A stretch of DNA of 59,542 bases, counting the filler, from Bipalium vagum (lineage: Eukaryota): NCBI GenBank assembly GCA_037834085.1. It is 3 parts of 3 records of this genome, joined end to end, with 100 filler letters (N's around TTAATTAATTAA, not from the genome) between each part and the next. Parts side by side here need not be neighbours in the genome. Positions count along the whole stretch, not along the records: positions 22,573 to 43,882 come from JBBMKC010238989.1; positions 43,983 to 59,542 come from JBBMKC010159743.1; 1 more part is not named here. One strand, given 5' to 3'. Position numbers and translations under genes: made by a program. Under the pieces are notes generated by a model. It was not told the origin of the DNA. It did not search any database and was given only the letters and a program-made list of their open reading frames with translations. Of this stretch, positions 41,285 through 54,767 are shown one piece after another; the stretch's first letter is position 1; every line of letters begins with the position of its first letter.

Positions 41285-43811
41285 TTCATTTAATATTTTT
41301 TTGAAAAACTGTCAACAGTTTTTTATTTATAATTCAAATTAATAATGACTAAATGCAATTGAAATAGAACATTTAAACAAGAACATTTTTAAAATAATTT
41401 TAAGGTCTATTGATTAAAATTAATATTAGAACAAAAGTATACTAAATGACTGGTCATATTATAAATAAGTTGGTTATTTTTTATTTAACATTCAAAATGT
41501 AAATATAATTATATTAATTAATAATAATTTATTGGATCACTATTTGCAAATATATTTTAAATTACCTGTCTAATAAATAATACGAATACAAAATATGATA
41601 AATATCCTATATATTTTTACGTTTTAATTAATTTTCAAACATTTTAATGTTAAGAAATAAAATATTATTATAATTTTTCACAATTAATTATACAAAATTT
41701 TCAGTTTTTTCTATTATAATTTTAACATATGAAATTTGTTTCATTATCAATAAATAAAAAAAATTAATTTATTTTCGTTTTCATTAAAACAATGATTTAA
41801 TTTAACCGGAAATTTAAAAAAATTGTAAAAATTGAATATTAATAATTTACTCATGTTAAACAAAGTTACTACCAGAGATTTTTTATTATTTCTTTTCATT
41901 TTATATTTTTTGGGAAATGATTTATAGCAAATTTTAATTAAGTATGCAGACACAGATGATGACATTAAATATATTTCACCTATTTTGGGAAAGATTATAA
42001 TTTTCCAAATCTATTGCAAATTATTTCCAGATTATATAGTGAAAAGTAAATCATTGCTTTTTTCTTCTGCCATGTTAACATAGTGCACATTAAGCTGATT
42101 AGTTTGGTCAGTAATTTTTATTTAACAATTATTTTGGCAACTCATTTTATAAGACTAAATCTGTGCTGCTTGATAGATTACAGACATTTTCAGAAAGGGT
42201 TTCTGAAATTACCGTATTTTAGGAGGTTTTAGAGAAAGCAAGCTAATTCACTAGAACATTTTAATTTAAATGAAAAATTAAATCTTATGTCATGCTAAAA
42301 TATATATTTATAAATAATTCACTATCAAAAAATATTAAAAGGAAACTTTTTTCAGAATAACTTTTATTTCTTTTTTATAAGTTTTATTAATTATTAAATT
42401 TTATATTAAAAGACTATCAAATATATTTGTTTTAATGTTTTAAACTATTATACTTTTAAAATAATTATAATATAATATATAATTAATTATAAATATAATA
42501 CTTTTAACTATTGGAAACCTATAAACTTATAATTTTATTTTATTTATTTTTTGATGAGATGCTAACGAGTATTATTTTAATTACATAATTATTTTAATTA
42601 TTTTGATCGTCACTCAGCGATACTAGTATTCTGTTGAGTTCTCTATATTAAATCGAAAAATTAAATTAAAAACTGGTGCGATTTTTGTAAAAATATCAAG
42701 AAACGAATAATTAGGATTTGTTTCGATGATGGATAAAATGTTCATATTATAATGACAATGACACATAACCCTAAGCAATTGTTGATTTTAAATTTGCTAA
42801 TATTTATATTAACCAGGCCAACTAAAATGCTGATTCCAATATCTTATGGCCGTGATTGTTAATAAGTGAGAGAGTGTGGGCTAGACCATATTGACGTTAT
42901 GCACATCTGAAGGAGTCAAATAAAATGGGATTCAATTTGACAGGTACTGATCACTTCAGAGAAGATTAAGTGATATTTGAAAATCATATTGACATTTAAA
43001 ATGTAATCATTTTTTTGTGTGATGGAGAGCAATAAATTTATTTTCATATATTCTGACCTATGTTTCAACAGAGTTATTTTTGTACATAACATCAATAAAT
43101 TGAGGTCCTCGAATAATACAGCTTGGTTAATATGATGACTAAAAAGTATTTAGTCTTACTGAAGATAATAAATAAAATTTTTGGACAGACTTTTTTTACC
43201 TAAAAGTACCAATGTTTTTTAAAGACTTTTTATGAGCTTTAGCCTTATGGTTTAAGATCGTTGCTTCAATCTGAACTATTTAATTTTGATCACCTATTAA
43301 GATAGGATTTTTATCAAAAAATATTTTTATATTCTCTACTAGTTTAGCTCCAAATTTGATAAGAACTGATCTATAAATGTATAAATGAAATAATAAATAA
43401 CATGCTTATATCAACATATTTTTATGATATCGCATAGTTGATTACCATTATTGAATACGCCATATGTAATATTCAATCGTTAGGTTTATAATTTCATCGA
43501 ACTGGTTGCACATTTTGAATTATAATTAAATATGTGCAGTACAATAATTATTGTAAAAAATACTCTTAAAATAAGTTTAATTTATGAAATGTGTGAAAAT
43601 GACCTTCTCGTCACCCAATGTGCATAATTTGACCTGCAATATTGTAATTGGTCAAAAAAACATTGTCCAAATTTTAAGTTTAAGTATGTTCATGGTCAAA
43701 AGTTTAAGGCAGGTAAAATTTAATAAAGAAAACGTGATGAGTTCATATAATTTTTGTTAAGCAGATGAATTAAAATTTATTTTAGAATAATTAACTAATT
43801 TATTTGAAATA

Positions 43812-43882
43812 TTGGGTTGTCCGGAAAGTTCGTGCGTTTTTTACATGAATCGTTTTGGCCTTAATTTTGAGGCACTTAAACA
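43812..43882. mobile_element. mariner TIR at contig end
   Basis: TA|TTGGGTTGTCCGGAAAGTTCGTGCG immediately before the gap. Confidence 0.7.
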
Positions 43883-43982
43883 NNNNNNNNNNNNNNNNNN
43901 NNNNNNNNNNNNNNNNNNNNNNNNNNTTAATTAATTAANNNNNNNNNNNNNNNNNNNNNNNNNNNNNNNNNNNNNNNNNNNN
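43883..43982. other. Assembly spacer (N44-TTAATTAATTAA-N44)
   Basis: Identical to the first spacer. Confidence 0.97.
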
Positions 43983-44397
43983 ACAATTATGGCAGCCCTG
44001 CTTTCATTTTCGGAATTCATTTCTAAAATTTGATTTATAATTTACAAGTTAATGATTAATTTAAACAATGCAGAAAATTACTTTTCTAATTTAAAATGTA
44101 AGATTTGTATCAATTATTATCTTCCCGATTTAAGTGGCGCACCCTGTAAGTCAAATTTTTTCTATGAATGATAAATAAAATCTTGAAATAATAAGTAAAA
44201 AAAGTTGTTTTAATCCACCGACTAATCTATTTATTACTAAGGCTCAATGGAATATGTTAATATTTTCAGAAATAGAAGAAGTGTTTTGAGTTTTAATTAT
44301 GAAGAAATTTATAAGGTCTATAAGTTGAATTTAAAAATGTCTTCAAAATCAAAATCTAACTGAGATATTTTTCTAAATTGAATAAATTTTAAATTAT

Positions 44398-45375
44398 AGT
44401 GGTGTGCAAGAGTTTAGAACACACTATGAAATTTTAATTATCCTATAAGCTTTAATCATTTTGATACACATACCGTAGATACTCGAATATAAGTCGAGGT
44501 TCTTTTCTATAAAATTTGATGAAAAAAATGTGGTCGATTTATATAAGATTCATAGCAGTTTTAACCAATGTAATGGCTGTATTTATGCAATGTATCACGT
44601 TGTGTTCATAATTGAATACTGATTATCATTTATGTTTCGTTTTTTTCCAGTTTTTCTCAGCATCACAAAAATATAAATATTATCACGAATATTTTGCAAT
44701 AAAGTATCAAAAGATTGACATTTTTCCTTGTTATTTTCCAAATGTACGAAAGAGGAAACTACCCAGACATATATTTTTACCTCGACTTATATAAGAGTCA
44801 TACGGTTTTTCACAGAATTTTCCATTTTTCCCCCTCGACTTATACACGAGGTCGACTTATATCCGAGTATCTACGGTAATTAAATTAAAGAGCAATATAA
44901 ATTTGTTTACAAAACGCAAAAATCATATTTGAATCAAATTAATATATTTTTTGATACTCCACTGACAGTAATAATGGTTTTCAGTCGATCTGACATTGAA
45001 TTCACATACGTCGCACAGAGCTTACCCTTTATTTCTGTACAGAAAACAGAGTCTATTACATATTCTAGTTGCTGACGGTTGGTTCGCTTTCTTGGGTCAA
45101 CTAATTCCTTTATTTTTCCCCAAATGTTTTCTAAGGGATTTAAGTTTTGTGAATTTCCAGGCTACTCTAAAGTTTTGATGTCATGATTTCTTAACCCATT
45201 CTTTCTTACTTTTGAAACATGGCATGGTACGGAATCCTACATGAAAATATTACAGTTCAGATTTTCCAGCCTTCTATCCAGTATGTCTATGTAAACTTTG
45301 GAGTTCATGCGTGTTTTTTCTCTAAAATCTCTACTTCAACAGAACCATTGGCACTTATGCATCCCAAAAAAATAA
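44398..45375 (-). mobile_element. Tc1 transposase 3' remnant interrupted by a MITE
   Basis: GCISANG...MNSKVYIDILD...FM*DSVPCH...PGNSQNLNP in decayed frames. Confidence 0.75.
44473..44876. mobile_element. Tc2/pogo-type MITE (404 bp)
   Basis: TA|CCGTAGATACTCGAATATAAGTCGA ... TCGACTTATATCCGAGTATCTACGG|TA, with internal repeated CTCGACTTATA motifs. Confidence 0.92.
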
Positions 45376-45622
45376 TTGTAATAAAGATGGAAGTATTGGA
45401 TAATGTATATGTAAAATTGTTTTTAAAATAAAGTTCTTAGACTCGACAAGAGAAAGTAAACGGAACTTTTTTATTCTTTGATTTAAGCAAACCATGGTCT
45501 AAATTTTCTTCACTATTTTCAATAAAAGTTTCCAAATAAGAATTGTAAAATAAGAATATAAAAAATTATTAAAATATTAGAAGATTTATTATATTTAATA
45601 AAATTTTAAATTATTAAATTAC

Positions 45623-48600
45623 TCATCATTGGTGAATAATTGGCAAATATAATTCCTCAGATTTAAAATAAGAACAAATGATATTGTTGAGGTAATAACT
45701 AAAAATAAAAATAAAATTAAAAATATTTATAATTATATTACTTCCTACAACAAATGCAGTTCTATAACAGGTTATCAAATTATCTATTTGTCTTCCACCA
45801 AGGTAATGTCCAATACAAATACCAACAGAAATGGAAAGCCCAGCGGTTATCTATGAATACAACATTACGAATCATAAAGAAAAGTATCCATTTTGGAATG
45901 TACCATATAAAAGAAAAGTGTAGTTTGCAAAGCAATACTTTGGGCATCTAACTCTGTCCCATTCATTGTTCCAGCTACAATAGTTCCCACTTCGAAATTC
46001 CATTCTTCAAGAATATTCATAAATAAGCCAGGTATTCCAATTAAAAAGATAATTTTCCAATTACTAAAGGCATATCTTAAAGAAAATCCTATTCATAATT
46101 GATAAACTATAACTGAACAATAAAGGACTACCATCCCAAGTTTCTTCATAAACCTTACTGACGAAAATATATCCTAATTGTATCATAAACATTACTAAAC
46201 ATGATACTGCCTGTAATATTGCGGATGCTCTAAAATAAAAAAATCATTAAATATATAAAAAAATGATGTTATTTTTATTTATTATTTATAAAAATGTATC
46301 AGCAATGTCATAAGATCATAGTTTGATTGCTAAAACCTTTAATTTGTAATCAGCTCTTCTTTTAAGCAATTCTTTAAAAATAATTTCATCAATTCAGAAA
46401 TCTGGACAGTTTTATATAAAATTTTTAAATTAAGAAATTTTAATTTTATTTTATTAACAATGTTATTTTATAATTCTTGGCGTTAACTATCATTTTATAA
46501 GGTTTTTTTGAATTAATTAATTAGTCGATTAATTTTCTAAACGTTATAAATTACACTTAAAAATCGTTATCAAGTGGCTTAAAATTGTTTTCCGATTTAA
46601 ATAAATTTTTTTCATAAAAATTATTTTTTATAAATTACAAAATATTTTTTAAAATTCAAGCTTAGGTATTATAATTATGTATTGAAGTGCAACATATTCA
46701 TAAACCAAATCCTTCATGTTAGCAGCGATATCAACAAAATCAGTCATAGTTTAACAACATACACTGGTGGCCAAAAAAGTAGTACACTTTTTTATGATTT
46801 TTTTTAAACTTTCAATTAATATATTTTCAGCCAATATTTACGAATTCAATTGAATAAGTTACCAATCAATGTTTGTGGCTCTAAAGAAGACCTTTTTGCT
46901 GTTCTCATGAATTAATTAGTATGACGTCTGACCATCACCTTTCTTAATGCATTCACTAAGCCTTTCAGGCATGCTAGAGATTACTCGTTGAATTGACTGT
47001 TGTGGAATAGAATTCCATACATGTTGTATTCTCTCTGAAAGCTGGTTTAAATTAATGACTGGTAACTCAAAATCATCTCTTAAATGGCGTCCTACTTCAT
47101 CTCACATATGTTCTATTGGTGAAAAATCTGGTGATCTTGCTGACCACGGTAGAACATGAATTGAATGAACGATCTCTTTTAACACTCAAAATCAAAGCTG
47201 CTTTTTGTTTTTCTGTTGTTCTGGAAGAACGGCCAGGTTCAGTCTTTCTGTCGACATTGCCTTCTTTTCGAAATTGGTCCCACCACTTTTGGAATATCTT
47301 AATTGTTGAAATTCTGATAATTGTAATAAGTGATAACAGCAATAAGTGAATAAAAGTGATATAATCTAAATTAAATACCACAACGTAATATCTATATGAA
47401 TCCTCAAAAAAATTTTTTTGAAATTCTTCAAATTTCATAATAAAAGTGTACTACTTTTTTTTGGCCATCAGTATATTTTACTTACAATAATACTTAAACA
47501 AGTTTTCCATTCTTAATAAATTAATATATTGTGTCATTAAAAAATTATTTTAAAATAAATATACAAAATTAAATAAAATAAATATTAATATTAAATTTAA
47601 AATTAATTAAAAATTTAAATTAGGCACAATATAAAAAATCAAATATTATAAATCAGTTTAAATACTCACTCTCCAGAAAAAAAACTAGTAACAAAAACAT
47701 TTTCTATGATGTATTATGAAAGTGTGAATTTCATTAGGAAATCCGACGAAATCAACAGAAGAGATTCTTACTCAAAATTATAATTGTAAATGCGAATGGT
47801 TATGTATTGAGACACGCCACAGAAAACATTGCTTATAAACAATGATATCATTGTGGGATAAATGATGTTCTGGTTTTGGAGATACTTCGAAAAGACGACA
47901 AATTGAAAATCAAACTAAAAAAAATGTTATAAGAATAAACAATAACATTCTCACAAATAGTCCTGGAAGGTAAAGGCACAAATATCGTGCCGTAAGGCTG
48001 AAATGAAACACTGTTTTAATCAACTCATTTATTATATGATGGATTATAAATAAAAGAGAAATAAATAAAAATATTAAAAATAAATAAATATTTATCTTAT
48101 TAAAACAAGCGTTATTTTATTTTTTATTCTATTTTTTGATAACCAAAACATTTTTAATATAATTTTAACAGTAAATATTTTAGATAAAAACCAACAAAAT
48201 AGCGGGCGAAAAAATTATAATGACGTAGTATCACTTCATTATTGGAAACATATCATCAGCGCCAGAGGCACAGACAAAAAGGAATTTGAAGGTCATGGGA
48301 CGGTCTCTAAAATTCCCTTGGTAAAATGGTTTCAGAGACTTAAAGAATGCAACAAAAACCTGGAAGATAAAGCACAGAAGGTCATTGATCCGAAATGGTG
48401 ACACGTTGCTACAATCCCATTTAACAAGATGCAGGGACAAGACTTGGTCATTGCTTACTCAATTTTAGAGATCTCAGCCGATCACTGTTCAGTATCTTCA
48501 TGAACTTGATTTTGACCACAAAGTATTCAGATTTAATGAAGAGAAAACGATATATGGTATGATTATGCTCTGGCCAGCGACTCTAAAGTGGTTAAATCCA

Positions 48601-51600
48601 AGTTAGAGTTGCTTGACGGAATCGAATTATTTCTTCATACAGCTTATAGCCCGATTTAGATCTTTTGGATTATCATCTGTTTCAATCAATGATTGGGTTA
48701 TGATGAACAAGAAATTCAATTCAACAACAGATGTCGAAAGTGGATTCCTTGAGTTTCTGAAGAGCAAGCAAAAGAATGGTATAAACGAAAAAATCGTAAT
48801 TTGGCTGTCAGATGGTTGAAGACCTTATCTAATGAGGACCTGTATTTTACAGAATAAAACAAATAAAATGAATAAAAGTAGTTTAAAGTGTTTGGGAACT
48901 TTTGGATCAACATAGTGGAAGTTCACACATGGTTTTTCGCATAAAATTTTTAGTCAGTCGTTATTAAGCAGTATTAGTCGACTGTTGTACTTTTACTCTG
49001 TCAGTGAACTTCTCATCTGATAGAAGCGTTGGGAAACCATTATAGTAATATATGGTCATTTTGGTACCAGTAAGGATGTATCATTCATTTTGAGAGTGGT
49101 ATCAGGTATCAATCCAATTTGAAATAATAAAAAGAATCAACTGACTTTTATTGGTTGCCGGAATTTAATGTAAAATATAAGATAAATCAAATTTAATAGC
49201 ATTAAGTGATATTCGCAAGTAAAATCTTCAGATTGAAAATATTCAATGTTTGTCATTTTTTTAAAAACAATATTACAAAAATACTTGAGCAATAAAAAAC
49301 CGCAATTATTTTTTTTGAACTTCAGGAAAATCTAAAATGACAAATCTCTTTTACAGGAATATCTTAGAAAATATGCAGGGTAAATATTTTCAATGTTTTT
49401 GATATTATATTATATTTTTATGAAGAAATTAAACAAGACTAATTTTAAAGAGTTAAATCTTACCGTGATACTAATGGATCTTGATTTAGATGAATTAAAA
49501 TCTGCTCCATGTTTAAATATGTACAACTCAGAATTAGATAGAGAAGTGTAGCTATGATAATCGCTGCAAAATGATTATAATTATTATATTATATATAATT
49601 CTCTTATAACTTTGGTTAACAAGTTAAAAATTAGATTATTAGTAGGAATAAAGATAAATGCGGATTTCATTAATTACAAAAGTACAATAATTTTGAAAGA
49701 TTCACAAAAAACCATATATTCAAAGGGACGACCATAGCTAGTCACACAGTATTCTCACCTTTCAATTACTTAATGAATACTTTCCCAAAAGTACCATTCA
49801 GAGATCCATTTTTGGAATCTTCATTCGTTTTGAAGTGCTGCTCAAAAAGCATGTGACATCGACTGGAAAAAATAAAAATCTGAAGAAGAAATATTGCTGA
49901 ATTGGGCTGGTGGGTAAGTATTTCTCAAGCAATACCTTTTAACATACTTTTAACCGCTTTAGAGATATGTGTCAGTGTGTCGTAATGGAGCAAATTACTT
50001 TATCATGTCTTTATTCTAAATTTTTAGCAATTAAACATTGATTCAACTGGATAAATTGGTTTCGGTAGATCTCAGATTTAACATACTCACCTAGTTGAAA
50101 AGCTCATATCATGGTACACTATACTATTTTGATCCCACCAAAAGTACAACGCTCAATATGTATCCTGATATACTACATGTTTACCATAAACCTCACAGAT
50201 TATCCGATAGATTCCTGAAACCCTATTGATAACCATTAAATAATGAATAAAAACCTTTTGCAAATAATCTTTGTGATAAATTTTAAAATATATTATTAAA
50301 TTAACATCTCATGAAAATTTGAAAATTAGAAATTATTAAACAAAATGAGGTAGATTTGAATTTAAAATTATATTATTATATGAATCAGTGAATCGATTTA
50401 AATAAATCCGAATTATTTTTCTGTAAACGCAGTATTTACATTAAAAATTTCAATTTAATTTTTTTTCGTCAATAAAATAAAATTCTGATTAATTAATTGT
50501 GACAAAAATTGGAAATAGAAATCTGAAAATATTATTATTATTATTATTTTATTTTTATTACGAAAGAAAATAGTTTATCTAAATTGCTTATAAAAGTGCA
50601 AGGCGTTCTGAGATTTAAGGTCTTAGGTATTAAAAAATTATGTTAAAATTCTAGCTGCTGGTAAGATTATATAAGACATGGGATATTGAAATTACTCGAT
50701 TAAGTATTGAAGATATTTGTGTACAATTATATAATACATAAAATTAGAAAGTTGAGTCGACAAGGGTATAATGTTGTTCAAATATAATCATGAGAGTCTC
50801 ATTCATTGGATATGACGTCATTTGATTAATACTGGAAACTAGTATAAATATCGAACTCAAAATAAAAGTATTTCGAATAAAGATTATGGTTAAAATAGTT
50901 GTACACGAATCTCAGTAATCTCAATAATGAAGAAGGCCAGATTTGAATCCCACGAAACCTCATGAAAATAGAAAATTTATTAAAGATAAATCTTTTTCTA
51001 CAAATAAAGAAATTAAAAATTATTTCACTTTGAAATGATACCCTTTTGTAAAAGTGATCCCATTTTCTTCTTTTGACCGCTTCCATATATCTAAAAATAA
51101 AAACAAATTTCAGCAAACAGTGACACCAGTCACTCTAAAATCATCGTTTTTTAATTTATGATTAAAAATAAAACGAATTAAATAAAATTTTCACTGCGGT
51201 ATAAGGATGACATTGAGCCATATATCGTGTTTCCCCTATTACAAGTCAGTGGCTTGTATTTCAAAACTTTTTTACTTTGGTATAATGGCTTATATTCGGG
51301 TAGTGGGTTGTAATAATTTGTGCAACTTATTAAAAAAATGAAGAAAAAATTTTAGAAGAAAAAAGACAAAGGTTGTTTGCTAAAGATTTTTTAATAATCG
51401 GATCATGTTTCAATATTATTGTTTCTTCAATGCTCTGGCTAACTTTCAGATAAGATCTTTCCAACGCAACATGGACAGTTTCTGGAAAAATACAGTCCCA
51501 TACTTTCCATACCCATTTAGCAACAGACGGAAACATGCGAAGATGATTCAATTTCGTTCATGATATGCCTTTTGTATTAAACTGAATAAATTTTTCTGGA

Positions 51601-54600
51601 ATTCATTTTAATCTAAATAAAGATTTTAAGCTAATTTTGGTAGTAATTAATTAATTAATTTTCACTATATTTATAAAAAACACTGGGTACTGGCTTATAT
51701 TCGGGTAATGGCTTGTAATGAGGGCAACACGGTATCAAAATTATTCAATATTCAGTTTCAATCTCTTAATTAAAACCAATCTTTATTACAAATCTAGAAC
51801 AAAAACCATAACATCAGAATTTTAAGTAGAGTCGTATAATATTTACATATTATTACTACGTGACAATTAATAAATTATATATTAAGTTAATTAAAGTTTC
51901 TTTTATAGAAAATAAATAAAATCTAGTTTGGGGACCAAATTCAATAACCGTGTTTAAACACTCAAAAAAAATTTTATAATAAAAGCTTAAAGATTAATTC
52001 AGTAAAACAAAATTAAAATTGTACGCTAAAAAGAAAACACTTTCCTGACTCCAATAAATCTAAACAAAGACCCAATAAACAATTGTTTTCTAAAGAATTC
52101 TGCCCTGATCACCACACCTTTGCTTTTTCGTCACCATTTTTTATATTTTAATTTATAGTTGTAAAAGTGACAGTTTAAAATTTAATCATACACTTAATAT
52201 TATTTATATCATAAAAAGTATATAAAATAATTTTACGTAAAACCGCTTAAAAATTAAATTATTTATGACAAAATAATCAATGAATTTCATTTACCTGAGC
52301 AAATAATGTGTCGTATGCTGTGGAGAATCCAATGTTAACATAAATTCCAAACAGATTTATCAGCTGAAGAGTTGATGAACAAAATAAGATTATTATTAAA
52401 TAAATTTGTAACATAATAATTATATTTTCAAGGTTGAAAGCTAAGATGTGGAAAATCAAATTGTTAATTACCGATCTCTGTGTATCAATTCTTAGACTAT
52501 TTTTCTACTTTTCCTTGCAGTAGCTATTATCTAACATAGACAGGACGACAGCTGTCTTTTTCTATAAATTGATGTTTTATTATGTTGTTGTTCTTTTATT
52601 ACTAATAAGTCGAAGAATGGTAAATCATTTCAAAATTCTTTTTCAATAATGAATTTTATATTATTATATTAATATGATGGAAATTATCCATGTCTTTTAC
52701 GAATTAATCAATTTCTTTTTTCTTCATCAACATAACGTTTAAACATAACTGGTATATTTCCATTGAAGTCATTTATTTACTTTTCTAAGTTATTCATTAA
52801 TAAGAAAGCCAATACTGTTCCTAAAGGTGATCCAATTGCAACTCCACCTCTTTGCATGTATCATTCACTGTTGAAAAAATTGGGTTCTCTTTATTACTAA
52901 ATTCCAATAATTGCCAAATACTAAATTCGTCCATGATATCTTTGTCACCTCTATCTTTCCTAAGAGACAAACAAAGATCAATTATTTCCAAATTATGCAC
53001 ATTTGTAAATTAGCTACTCACAACAAATGATACCGTATGATCTTTCTCATAAGTTTTCTCATAATTATTTATAAAATGGCAAAATTCAAAATTATTTAAT
53101 TAAACAATTAGTACTATACTCATTTGATAAGCCAATGAGGAAGATCAGAACTTGCGAACTGTATTATGTGTTTGATAATAACAATAATAATTAATAATAA
53201 TAATAATGATGATAATAATAATGATAATAATAATAAATGCACTTTAATTATAATTATAGTTAATCAATAAAAATAATAAAAATTACTAAAATAATTTTTT
53301 TTTATATTGAATCTCAAAGTTAAGATTACTCGAGATTACGCCAGGCTCCAATTAGGGCAGTAGAATTTTCGTCTATAATGAGGCTGCAGCAACAGGATTT
53401 TACAATGGGACCCATCGAATTTGGGAATCCCTAGTCGACCGTATATGGGCTAGAGGGAGCCATAAGCTTTTATTAGTTTTGTTTATTATTTCTTTTTAAT
53501 TTACTAATATCTAATATACAGTCGGCGCTCAGTTATTTGAACTCGTGGGGATTTCAAAAAGTTCAAAAAACTCAATTATTGAAATAACTCAATTACAAAT
53601 AAAATTTATTTTAAAACAAATCCATGATCTTCCAGCTTTGTTTGAATAGAATTAAAAAAAATTATTCAAATAACTGAAAGTTCAAATAACTAAGCGTTCA
53701 AATAACTGAGCGCCGACTGTATTAGTAATTATTTTAGTATAATTCTCTGGACTTAAGATATTTATTGAGATTATTGATACCTGATTGATTCTTAGAGTAT
53801 TTTAGAATCAATAGTATTGTGAATCTTATAATTGTGATTATTTTATTATAAAAAAGTTTTCTTGGTTATTTAGATTTATCAACAACACGTTATCAATATA
53901 GCGACGAGTTAGGGAAATTCGAGCTTAAATTTACATATTTCGATTGAGGTAAATAGTAACAAAATAGAGAAGGATTACATAAAATAAAATTTAAATTATT
54001 ATAAAATAATAATAATATAATTAATATATTTTATATTAAAAATCTTTAGTATTCTAGTAAAAATTAACAGAATTAAATCAATGAAATTTCTTACGCTGCT
54101 TGCTAAAGCCACTGCATTGAATTCTACTCGAGTAAGATGACCACATAGGATGAGGCTTATAATTGGATTCAATATATTGAATATACATGTGAAAGTCTAC
54201 AAATTAAAAATATCTATGTATATTTTTTCATTCCTTTTTTATTGTTTTTATTTATTCAAAATTTCAGATTTGAGTTTTCAATATGTGCTTTATTGATTTT
54301 AATTTCTAATAAATGATATTTAAAACAAATTAATAGAACTATCTTTCAAAAGATCGATTAAATTAAAATAAAAGAAAATAAATCCTTAACGTTAAAAATA
54401 TTTAGTGGATACAAAAGTAAATATATTTTTACCAGATGGGTGAATTCACCTGCCCCAAAATATAAAGCTCTTTTATGATTTTAAAATTAAGTTCATAATT
54501 GATATACGAAAAGAACATGGATTAAAAACTAAAATTACGGATTATTTAATTCAAAAACGTTGAAATATATATTTAAATATATTGTTATTTATTGGACTTA

Positions 54601-54697
54601 TTGTTGTTTTTTAATTTCTATTATTACAACCATATCAGTTCATAATAAAAATGTTTTATAGCCTTTTTATGTCTTAACTTCACTGAAGTTGCACTGT

Positions 54698-54767
<70 letters not shown>

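Noticed and set aside
52021-52060. Alternative MATE exon IYWSQES...
   Set aside because: Wrong phase and poor similarity. The true exon is 51090-51042 (IYGSGQKKKMG).
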